DNA from: an uncultured virus (IMG/VR IMGVR_UViG_3300044641_006529)
Lineage: Duplodnaviria; Heunggongvirae; Uroviricota; Caudoviricetes
DNA: 64,000 nt
Direction: 5' to 3' (one strand)
IMG/VR virus record: IMGVR_UViG_3300044641_006529
The notes beneath the pieces are model-generated. The model was not told the origin of the DNA and did not search any database. It saw nothing but the letters and a program-made list of their open reading frames with translations. Shown one piece after another: positions 47,857-56,648 of this stretch; positions within the stretch are counted from its first letter, which is position 1; each line of letters begins with the position of its first letter. A program made the translations under genes and the position numbers.

Positions 47857-49044
47857 ATGGCATCAATAAACGCCACACCATATCAGAATCCCACACGAAT
47901 TGTTACTGGCAGCGTAGCTGTTGATAACGATGATTTAGCGTTGTATTGCGATACAAGTACGGGGGCTGTAAATATTGGGCTTTTGTCCATACCCGCTAAT
48001 GCTTGGAATACCCTTTATAAATTATATATAGTTGATATTAGCAACAACGCAGCGACAAATAATATTATAATAACGCCCGCTGCTGGTCAAACAATTAATG
48101 GGGCTTCATCAATTACAATTAACGCAAATGGCGGTGCGGCTTTGCTTCAAATAGGTTCAAATATTGGATATTTTGCAACCTACTATCCATTACAAACTGG
48201 CGGGACGGTAACATCAATTACGGCATTGCCTCCATTAACTGGCGGTACTATTATTAACAGCGGTAACATAGGCTGGAGTGATACTGGCTGGATAAATTGT
48301 GATGGTTTTGATTTTATGGCTGGTAGTTCAGAGCGACCCCAATTTAGAATTTACGGCAATCAAGTATTTTTGAGAGGTACTGCTATTGTTCCATTAGCAA
48401 ACGCTGGTGTATTTATACCTATGGTAACAACTGGTCTTGCTGGGTCTTACTATGTAAACGAACAATTTGCAAGCCCATTCACATCGACAAGCGGTAGCGT
48501 TCTTGGTGTTACAGCGTTGGGTAGCGGGTCATTAGTTTTTGCACTTGGTACAGATATAATTCCAGCAACATTTGTAGGCACAAAGCAATTTACAGAATTT
48601 TATTCTCAAATGGTTGTTGGCGCAAGACCAATAGCGACAAATGGTACTGGCACTTACATTTACCTAACTGGACAATATGTGATTAGGTTTGGTAAAGGGT
48701 CTTTATCAACATTACGGGTTGACAGCATTAGAGAATATGAAGATGGCAGCTATGATTTAAGCGGAGGCATAACCCCAGGCTCCGTTGGAACATCAAATCT
48801 TCGCCAAATAGTAGGTAGTGTAAAGGCATCACAATATGCACCAAATTATCAACGTATGCTGCTTGGTGTTGACGCAACTTCATCATCTTCATCAACAACA
48901 TCGTTTCCACAAAATTATGATATTTTTATTGACCCGTCAACGTCTAATCCAACAGATTTCTTTTTTGACGTAGATTCCTCCCGTGCTGCTGATATGGGTG
49001 GTTTTCAATTTCGTCTTGACGGCATAACAACATTTTTAGACTAA
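47857..49044 (+). CDS. Putative spike/receptor-binding protein A
   Basis: Beta-rich, T/G/S-rich; paralogue of the next gene. Confidence 0.6.
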   Translation: MASINATPYQNPTRIVTGSVAVDNDDLALYCDTSTGAVNIGLLSIPANAWNTLYKLYIVDISNNAATNNIIITPAAGQTINGASSITINANGGAALLQIGSNIGYFATYYPLQTGGTVTSITALPPLTGGTIINSGNIGWSDTGWINCDGFDFMAGSSERPQFRIYGNQVFLRGTAIVPLANAGVFIPMVTTGLAGSYYVNEQFASPFTSTSGSVLGVTALGSGSLVFALGTDIIPATFVGTKQFTEFYSQMVVGARPIATNGTGTYIYLTGQYVIRFGKGSLSTLRVDSIREYEDGSYDLSGGITPGSVGTSNLRQIVGSVKASQYAPNYQRMLLGVDATSSSSSTTSFPQNYDIFIDPSTSNPTDFFFDVDSSRAADMGGFQFRLDGITTFLD

Positions 49045-50507
49045 TGGCACTTTATAGCACACCTTTTGAAAACACGGTCAGAATTGTTAGCGGTAATGCC
49101 GCTGCCCTTCCCGATGATGTTGTTATTTTATGCAATACAACTGCTGGGGCTGTTACATTAATTCTTCAAGATATACCAATTAATCGTTGGAATGTGCTTT
49201 GGAAATTATTTGTAATTGATTATTCTAATAACGCATCTGTTAATTTAATAACGATAAACGCACCATCGGGTCAAACCATAAATTTAGGAAGCAGCGTAGT
49301 TATAAATTCTAATGGGGGAGGGTATGTTTTTGAAATAAGTGGTAATGGTTCATATTTAGGCACTCCTACATCGGGTGGTGGTGGTGGTGGTGGTGGTGTT
49401 ACGTCAGTTGGCGTAACTGCACCTATAACTAATTCGGGTTCTTCTACTGCGCCAGTCATAGGAATTACGGAGGCAAATGGTTCAACAAGTGGGTATTTAA
49501 GCGCATTAAACTTTAATGCGTTTAGTTCAAAAGGTTCGCCTTTGGCAATTATAAACTCAGCAAATACTACCGTTACAACTGCCGCAACGTCTATAAAATT
49601 CGACACAAATTTAAACACATCAAATGTTGGTGGGGCTGTAACAGTAAGTGCAAATGGCGCAGCCGTTGACGTACAAAAAAATAGTGTAGATATTGTAACA
49701 AGCGTTACTAAAATAAATTTTGATAGCGATTTTGATGTTACGGCAAGTGTTACGCCAAATAAGGTTAATGTCGGATTGGCTCTTGGTTCGTGGCAAAATT
49801 GCGAGGGTTTTGAACATCAAGCAACAATTACAACCGTTCAAAGACCTCAATGTAGGGTAGTTGGTGGTATATTGTACTTTCGTGGAACGGCTATCGTACC
49901 CCTTGCTACAACAGCTTTAGGAACTACTTATGTCCCACCTTCATCAACAACACTTGCCTATTATGATGATGCTTACGCATTTGTTTTTCAAGGCACAAGT
50001 GGTTTGGTTAAAGGTTGCCTATTAACGAACAATCTTATTGAATTTAATTTAGGAGCAAGTATAATTCCTCCCTCAATTACCTTTGCAGCAAGTGGCAAGT
50101 TTAATAGTGGGTGGAAACTATACCATCGTGGTATTGCATCAATACCACCAAAAGGAACGCTATTAACTACGCTTCTAAAAGCCGAAATGGAGCAAGGTAT
50201 ATTAAGAATATATCCCTACGCTTACGAGGAAATTACACTAACTGGGCAATTCGGTGTTGTAGGTACTGGTAGATTAATGACTGCTGCCGTAGAAAATGGG
50301 GCGAAAAATATTGATTTTACAACCTCTGTACCGAATGGAGTTGGGCCTGCACCAAGTTATACTCATTCATCAAATGACACAAGCAATTTTTATATGAAAT
50401 ACGCTTTTACAAGCATACCTTCTTTTACATACGATGTGATAAGTGCTGAAAATACTTATTTAGGTGGATTTCATATTGAACTTGACGGACTAATGGCATT
50501 TCCTTAA
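49044..50507 (+). CDS. Putative spike/receptor-binding protein B
   Basis: Shares the N-terminal domain, RPQ.R..G....RGTAIVPLA and GGF...LDG with the preceding gene. Confidence 0.6.
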   Translation: MALYSTPFENTVRIVSGNAAALPDDVVILCNTTAGAVTLILQDIPINRWNVLWKLFVIDYSNNASVNLITINAPSGQTINLGSSVVINSNGGGYVFEISGNGSYLGTPTSGGGGGGGGVTSVGVTAPITNSGSSTAPVIGITEANGSTSGYLSALNFNAFSSKGSPLAIINSANTTVTTAATSIKFDTNLNTSNVGGAVTVSANGAAVDVQKNSVDIVTSVTKINFDSDFDVTASVTPNKVNVGLALGSWQNCEGFEHQATITTVQRPQCRVVGGILYFRGTAIVPLATTALGTTYVPPSSTTLAYYDDAYAFVFQGTSGLVKGCLLTNNLIEFNLGASIIPPSITFAASGKFNSGWKLYHRGIASIPPKGTLLTTLLKAEMEQGILRIYPYAYEEITLTGQFGVVGTGRLMTAAVENGAKNIDFTTSVPNGVGPAPSYTHSSNDTSNFYMKYAFTSIPSFTYDVISAENTYLGGFHIELDGLMAFP

Positions 50508-50519
50508 AATCAAAAAAAT

Positions 50520-50843
50520 ATGGCAAAAACAATTTATATAACTCAACCCGCACCACAGCGGACAGACTCAACCCTAAATTTAATAATTGGCGGTGTTATT
50601 TCTGTTGCCGTAATAGGAGCATTAGTTTACTTTGGGCGAAAATTTTACCGAAACAATTTTACCAGTTTTGGATTTGCCACAAAAATTAAAAAATATGGCA
50701 AATCACAAGGAACGTTGGAAGTGCTTATGAAAATGGACAAGGGATATTTAAAGGCTTGGTCAGATGCGGCAGAAGATGGTGCTGAAACATTTGCATATCA
50801 AAATAAAACATATTGGACACAAGGCGGTAGCGCAAAAAAATAA
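50520..50843 (+). CDS. Membrane protein with N-terminal TM
   Basis: LIIGGVISVAVIGALVYF. Confidence 0.7.
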   Translation: MAKTIYITQPAPQRTDSTLNLIIGGVISVAVIGALVYFGRKFYRNNFTSFGFATKIKKYGKSQGTLEVLMKMDKGYLKAWSDAAEDGAETFAYQNKTYWTQGGSAKK

Positions 50844-50864
50844 TTAATTAAAATTTCAATTTAT

Positions 50865-51473
50865 ATGGCAAACGAAGTAGTAATGGTTTCACAGCCAACA
50901 AGAGCATTACAAGGGCTTCCAGCTTGGGCAAAAGGCGTAGTTGCAATAGCAATTACTGGAGGGGCAATTTTTGTCGGTTATCAATTATATCGTCTTATCA
51001 GAAAAATAGGTTCGGGAGAAGGTAAAGGTAAGGATGATACGCCACAACAAACTGCTGAACAAGCAGCAAATGATTATGAAAGTGCCGTACAACAAGGGCA
51101 AAAATTATCTTTTACCCCAAGTGCTTATAACGCAGCAGCCGAAGCTATTATCAAATTTTTGGATGGTTGTGAAACTGCTACTGGTGGAGAATTAAGTGCA
51201 ATAGGCGAGGTTATTAAAATTGTTAAAAAACCTATTGACTGGTTGTATCTACAAAAAATATTTGGACAAAAAGACATTGATAATTGTGGTTGGGGAACTG
51301 GCGATACACGTTATTCTCTAAGCGCATTATTAAAAGACCAATTGGATAGTTTTGTTCTGATTACTCCAATACCCGAAACAAGATTAGGTGGGTGGAAAGT
51401 GCCTTCGGGTTATTATGCTGATACCATATTGATTTTGGAGAAATATATGAAAGAAAAGGGCATAGCGTTCTAA
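50865..51473 (+). CDS. Membrane protein with N-terminal TM and possible annexin-like helical domain
   Basis: GVVAIAITGGAIFVGY followed by a helical domain. Confidence 0.65.
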   Translation: MANEVVMVSQPTRALQGLPAWAKGVVAIAITGGAIFVGYQLYRLIRKIGSGEGKGKDDTPQQTAEQAANDYESAVQQGQKLSFTPSAYNAAAEAIIKFLDGCETATGGELSAIGEVIKIVKKPIDWLYLQKIFGQKDIDNCGWGTGDTRYSLSALLKDQLDSFVLITPIPETRLGGWKVPSGYYADTILILEKYMKEKGIAF

Positions 51474-51680
51474 TTGTACGAATTTGTAATAAATAAACCA
51501 AATAGTAAACTGCGTAAAACCATTAAATAATAAGGTTTACAAAGCATAATAGAAGGATTTAAAAATGCAAAATTATTACAATTGTACAACCCCGCTCAAA
51601 AACATAAATAACCCTTAAAAAGAAAAACGTGCAATTTTGCATATATTCAATAATTACTAACCCTTAAATTAAAAAAAGCG

Positions 51681-51875
51681 ATGAACGTAAACACTAAGCA
51701 AATCGTTCGGCTTGTAACTCTTGGCGGTGCTGCCGTACTGGTTGTAAATTCCGCAATGGGAGTTGTTAAAGCTGGTTTCACAAGAGGCGCAATTATGCCG
51801 ATTGTTTCGATTGTTGTAGGAGTTGCTGCATTTAACTATGCAATGGCATCTACTACCGTAACGGTAAAAAAATAA
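51681..51875 (+). CDS. Small two-TM membrane protein
   Basis: Almost entirely hydrophobic; follows an AT-rich intergenic region. Confidence 0.7.
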   Translation: MNVNTKQIVRLVTLGGAAVLVVNSAMGVVKAGFTRGAIMPIVSIVVGVAAFNYAMASTTVTVKK

Positions 51876-51892
51876 TCGAAAAACATTGGATT

Positions 51893-52150
51893 ATGTTTGA
51901 TAAAACTATTAAGCGAATTAAAGTTAATCCAATAGGAACAATTATTGGTTTGGTGGGGGGGTACTATGTAGCTAACCGTTATTTAGCCTCCCCGTCAACA
52001 ATAATGTCCTTATTTGTAACCGCTTTAGGGGGGATAGGTGGGTCTTATGTTGAATCCAAAATAAAGGCATATAAAAGTTTGCCGCAAAAAGGGGACGTTG
52101 AGTTAACTTTTAAAACAAGAGAAGAACTTTTAGCATCACGAAAAAAATGA
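51893..52150 (+). CDS. Small two-TM glycine-zipper membrane protein
   Basis: IGTIIGLVGG and ALGGIGG. Confidence 0.65.
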   Translation: MFDKTIKRIKVNPIGTIIGLVGGYYVANRYLASPSTIMSLFVTALGGIGGSYVESKIKAYKSLPQKGDVELTFKTREELLASRKK

Positions 52151-52701
52151 ATACTAAAAAGATACTTTTTTACTCGGCTGCTGGTGTTTTTTTAATCGCT
52201 GGTGGTTATTTGCTTTATGTTAAGGTTGTAAAGCCAATAATTGACAAACGAAAGGCAAACAGATTAGATACTCCAGCCGCCCCTACGGATATTTCAACTG
52301 GTGGCTCAACTGGTGGCACAACTGGTGGCACAACTGGTGATAAAATGAAAACCAAAGAACAAATGAAAGGCGAGGCAATATCAAAAGGTATGTTCGCTTA
52401 TAAATTTTGGGATTCATATTTAGGGCGGTGGGGTTATTTTTCAACTGGAAAAAAGGCAGAAGGTGGTTATGCAATCAAGCCCGATGTTGAAATTTATAAC
52501 GTTAAACCAACAAGCGGATTAACCCAAAAAGAAGCAACAAGAGGTTTGCAAGAGTGGGTAAACACAAAGGGCGCAAAAATAACAGAAGATGGTTTATTTG
52601 GATTAAACACCGCAAATGCAATGGTTCGTTATGCAAAGACAATAGGCGTGAGTGGTGATGGTTGGGCATTAAACGACAATCAACAAAGTGTTGCTGCATA
52701 A
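52147..52701 (+). CDS. Membrane-anchored protein with peptidoglycan-binding domain
   Basis: N-terminal TM; LQEWVN..EDGLFGLNTANA matches the PG_binding_1 pattern. Confidence 0.7.
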   Translation: MNTKKILFYSAAGVFLIAGGYLLYVKVVKPIIDKRKANRLDTPAAPTDISTGGSTGGTTGGTTGDKMKTKEQMKGEAISKGMFAYKFWDSYLGRWGYFSTGKKAEGGYAIKPDVEIYNVKPTSGLTQKEATRGLQEWVNTKGAKITEDGLFGLNTANAMVRYAKTIGVSGDGWALNDNQQSVAA

Positions 52702-52742
52702 ACAAAATATTACAAGCAAAAATTACATTTAAAGAAATAAAA

Positions 52743-53693
52743 ATGGAAAAGCGTAAATACATCGTTCCAAGTGCAACATCAGACGTTACTGACATAACTG
52801 ATTCAGACTACTACTCTTTAGCAACGGGCGACACAATTAGTGATTCTGTTACCCAAAAAGGACGTGAAGGCAAAACAATAACTATAAGCACAACCGACTA
52901 TTCATTAGCCGCTGGTGGAAAAAAGAAAGGAGGGCTTATACATACCCCTATTGTTCAGCGTCAAGCCTCACAGCGTGACTATGCTGGAGCGTATGCGTAT
53001 GCCACAGACGAAGATATTGAGGATATGGAAAACATATCATATCTTGGATTTGACGGTGAATACTACTTTTTTGAAGCAGATACATTTTCGTATGGTGACG
53101 GTGAAAAGAAAGAAAAGAGAACAAGAGCAGAAAGAAAGGCAGATAGAGAGCAACGTAGAGCAGACCGAAAAGCAAATAAAGGGAAAGACGATGCAACTGG
53201 CGAAAAGAAAGAACGTGGCAAGTTTTTCACTAACATTTGGAGCGCAACAAAAAAGTTCTTTTCCGAATGGGGCGCACGAATTAAAAAGCGCAGAGAGGAA
53301 CGTAAAGAAAAAAAATCATTGCGTGAATTTAGGGCGCATCAAGTCGCTTTAGAAAACGCAAAGGCGCAAGGAATGTCCGATGAACAAGCTAAAAAAATAG
53401 CGGGGGACGTTGCAGCAAAAATTAGAGCAGAGCAAGAAAAGTTTATTGGCAATGCCGAAAAACAAGCATACGACAAAGCAAAAGAACAAAATCTACCAAT
53501 TGAGCAAGTAGAAAAAAAGGCTGACGAGGCTGGTCAAAAGGCTGAGGAACAAGTATTTGCGGGTGGATATACCACAGACGACAAAGAAAAACAAGGATTT
53601 TGGAAATCATTGCCTACTGGCGGTAAAATTGGAATAATTGGCGGTGGCGTAGTGTTGCTTGGGCTTATTACCTATCTAATTGTAAAAAAATAA
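52743..53693 (+). CDS. Virion-module protein with acidic N-terminus, basic coiled coil and C-terminal TM
   Basis: ATG 52743; IGIIGGGVVLLGLITYLIV. Confidence 0.7.
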   Translation: MEKRKYIVPSATSDVTDITDSDYYSLATGDTISDSVTQKGREGKTITISTTDYSLAAGGKKKGGLIHTPIVQRQASQRDYAGAYAYATDEDIEDMENISYLGFDGEYYFFEADTFSYGDGEKKEKRTRAERKADREQRRADRKANKGKDDATGEKKERGKFFTNIWSATKKFFSEWGARIKKRREERKEKKSLREFRAHQVALENAKAQGMSDEQAKKIAGDVAAKIRAEQEKFIGNAEKQAYDKAKEQNLPIEQVEKKADEAGQKAEEQVFAGGYTTDDKEKQGFWKSLPTGGKIGIIGGGVVLLGLITYLIVKK

Positions 53694-53695
53694 TT

Positions 53696-53968
53696 ATGTC
53701 GTCACAAAACCAAACCGTTTGGACTTACCAAGTCACAAATTCATCGTTTACAATTACCTCAGATATGGGATTGAGGTCGGTGTCATTATATCTTGCTTCG
53801 GGCAATGCTATAATTAGCGGGTCAAAAGAGGTTATCGGAATAGCATCTGTAAATTTGAGTTTGCAAAACAGCTTTCCGATAACGTTGAGTGCGGACGGGC
53901 CTGCGGTGTTGGAGGGCATAACAATAGATTCAACCCCAACGGGAAATGTTTATATAATAGGTCGTTAA
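53696..53968 (+). CDS. Small beta-rich structural protein
   Basis: Alternating beta pattern; directly precedes the fibre gene. Confidence 0.55.
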   Translation: MSSQNQTVWTYQVTNSSFTITSDMGLRSVSLYLASGNAIISGSKEVIGIASVNLSLQNSFPITLSADGPAVLEGITIDSTPTGNVYIIGR

Positions 53969-53971
53969 AAT

Positions 53972-56644
53972 ATGGGCGTAACGTTTAACTCATTTGGATT
54001 TAATGGTGGTGGAACTGGTGGTGGCGGTAGCCCAGGCCCCCCAGGTACCCCAGGCTCTGTATGGCGCAACGGCACAAATCCACCCGACCCATCTTTAGGC
54101 ATTAACGGTGATTATTATTTACAAAATTCAACTGGAATTGTTTTTACTAAAGTCGCTGGTGTTTATCAGCCAATAGCCAACATTGATGGAACAGACGGAA
54201 CAGACGGTTCGGTGTGGTACAATGGGTCGGGCGCGCCCTCCCCAAGCCCTTCATTTAATCCCAATGATTATTATTTAGACACCTCTAATGGCGATGTTTA
54301 CACTTACAATGGAAGTAGTTGGGGTACGCAAATAGCAAATATAGATGGTGCGGACGGAACTAATGGGACGGTATGGTATGCCAACAATGGGTTTCCACCG
54401 CCAGCGGGTACATATATTGTAGGCGATTTTTATCTTAATAATGATGATGGCGAAGTCTATCAATACGATGGAACAAACTGGATTTCTCAAATAAACATTA
54501 AGGGCGCAAGTGGTACACAATGGTTCACGGGTGCTACTCCACCGTCTGCATTACAATCTAATGGCGACTTTTATCTTGATGGTTCAACGGGCGATGTTTA
54601 CGAACAAATAGCTAACGTATGGACAGCAACGGGAACAAACATTAAAGGTGCAAACGGAACGAACGGTACAGATGGTTCTGTTTGGTATTCGGGCGCAACC
54701 GTGCCACCAACCATAACTGGATATAACATATCAGATTATTTTCTTGAAACAACAACTGGTAATGTTTATCAAAACAATGGTGTAATTTGGGATTTTCAAT
54801 TAACGCTTTCGGGCGTTGCTGGGAGTAGTTGGTTTAATGGCAATGGCGCACCAACCGTAATTGAAAACGATGGCGACTATTACCTTGACGATTTAACGGG
54901 CGATGTTTATACCCAAGTAAGCGGTGCTTGGGCATTAACGGGAAATATTAAGGGGCCTGCGGGGGCGGCTGGCGCAGACGGGCAAGATGGTTCTTCAAGT
55001 TCGTATTTCTTTTACCGCACAAAAACTACTATTATAAGTGGCGACCCTTTATCTCTACACATTCGTTGGAATAATGTTACGCCTCAAATATCTGCAACCG
55101 AATTAGGCATTAGTAAAGAAACAGAAGATGGAGTTGACATTAGTATATTTTTGGCATTATTACAAGTTGGCGATACAATAGTTATTCAAGATAAAGACGT
55201 TGCAGCCAATTTTCAAACTTGGGAGGTAAGCGGTGCGATAACCGACAATCCAACTTGGGTTTCTGTACCCGTAACTTTTGTTACATCGGGTGGAACGGGT
55301 ACAAGTAATTTTGCCAATAATTTAGAAGTTATCGTTGCAATTAGCCGTGAAGGTACGGCTGGTGCAGATGGCGCAAACTCCACTCGTTATGGTTTTGATA
55401 GTACCACTACCGCCCCTACTGCTCCAACCGCAAATAGATTTGCAACCGACAATACCGACCTAACATTGGTAACTGCTTTTAGTGCAGACCAATTAAACCA
55501 AAACGGATTAAATTTTACTGATTGGTGGACATTATTAGAAAATTGGTACAATACAAAAGGTTTAGCTAACAACCTATTGCAAATTCGTGAGGTTGGAAAT
55601 GATAGTAATGTTTTTGGTAGTTATAATATAATACAAGTAAAGTGGTTTGGAACTTATGTCACTTTAGATTTACTCTTTCTCGCTGGACAAGGAACATTAG
55701 ACCCTACAAAAACCTATGTAATAAGTTATGCACTCGTAGGGGCTGAGGGTTCTGCTAATCAAGGCATATCGGCTGCAAATAATGTACAATGGATTTATGA
55801 TACAGTTAGTCCACCATTGGGTGCTTATTTTGCGTATCAAGGAACGGGTGGTTTGGCTTCTCAAATTACTTCTTTTGAACTAAACGATACAAGCACTACG
55901 GGAAATCAATTTGATTGGTTAGAGTATGCAAGAACAACATCGCTAACGGGTAGTGTTGGTATTTTATCGGTTTGTGATATAACAAGCCCTACTACTCAAA
56001 GCAATTTTACAATAAGTAGCATAACGGATGATGGTGGGTATCATACTTTTAATGTTAGTTTTTTAGGTGGAGCTGATTTTGATTTTAATACATTAACGGC
56101 ATCAGCGTCAACAGTTTCATTCGCATACGTTTTTAATGGCGTAGGCGGTGGTGGTACGATAGGTGTTTATTATCCCGATATATCTTCGCCAATTGATTTG
56201 GCAACAAATACGATGGTATTTACGGGTGGTGGTGTTACCGTAACCCAAATAAGCGCAAGCGATGTTGAAATAAACATTCCAAGTGGTGGTAGCGATGGTT
56301 CTATTGTTGCATCAATACGCTCATTAAGCACATCAACAACGCTTTCTCCTTTCACGGTTGGCGCTTTAACCATACCTTATAATGGAAATATAACGGGATG
56401 GACTATTTTTAGCGATGTTTCGGGTAGTTGCACGGTTGATTTTTTAAGTGGGAGTTATGCCTCATATCCACCAACTACAAGTATTTTTAGTGGCAATGCA
56501 CCAAATCTTGCATCAAACGTAAAAAACGAATTATTAAGTTTGTCTATTGGCGTTACACAAGGCGATGTTTTACTCTGTAATCTTGTATCTATTTCGGGTA
56601 CAATGTCGAGAATTGATGTTACATTATTAATCACAAAATCGTAA
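53972..56644 (+). CDS. Fibre/spike protein with collagen-like triplets and six W..G..P...(G)D(Y/F)(Y/F)L...G.V(Y/F) repeats
   Basis: Repeats visible in the translation. Confidence 0.75.
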   Translation: MGVTFNSFGFNGGGTGGGGSPGPPGTPGSVWRNGTNPPDPSLGINGDYYLQNSTGIVFTKVAGVYQPIANIDGTDGTDGSVWYNGSGAPSPSPSFNPNDYYLDTSNGDVYTYNGSSWGTQIANIDGADGTNGTVWYANNGFPPPAGTYIVGDFYLNNDDGEVYQYDGTNWISQINIKGASGTQWFTGATPPSALQSNGDFYLDGSTGDVYEQIANVWTATGTNIKGANGTNGTDGSVWYSGATVPPTITGYNISDYFLETTTGNVYQNNGVIWDFQLTLSGVAGSSWFNGNGAPTVIENDGDYYLDDLTGDVYTQVSGAWALTGNIKGPAGAAGADGQDGSSSSYFFYRTKTTIISGDPLSLHIRWNNVTPQISATELGISKETEDGVDISIFLALLQVGDTIVIQDKDVAANFQTWEVSGAITDNPTWVSVPVTFVTSGGTGTSNFANNLEVIVAISREGTAGADGANSTRYGFDSTTTAPTAPTANRFATDNTDLTLVTAFSADQLNQNGLNFTDWWTLLENWYNTKGLANNLLQIREVGNDSNVFGSYNIIQVKWFGTYVTLDLLFLAGQGTLDPTKTYVISYALVGAEGSANQGISAANNVQWIYDTVSPPLGAYFAYQGTGGLASQITSFELNDTSTTGNQFDWLEYARTTSLTGSVGILSVCDITSPTTQSNFTISSITDDGGYHTFNVSFLGGADFDFNTLTASASTVSFAYVFNGVGGGGTIGVYYPDISSPIDLATNTMVFTGGGVTVTQISASDVEINIPSGGSDGSIVASIRSLSTSTTLSPFTVGALTIPYNGNITGWTIFSDVSGSCTVDFLSGSYASYPPTTSIFSGNAPNLASNVKNELLSLSIGVTQGDVLLCNLVSISGTMSRIDVTLLITKS

Positions 56645-56648
56645 TTAA

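Noticed and set aside
51474..51680. AT-rich gap with two AACCCTTAAA copies as a late promoter or origin
   Set aside because: The repeat is short and low-complexity with no clear match elsewhere; too weak to call.
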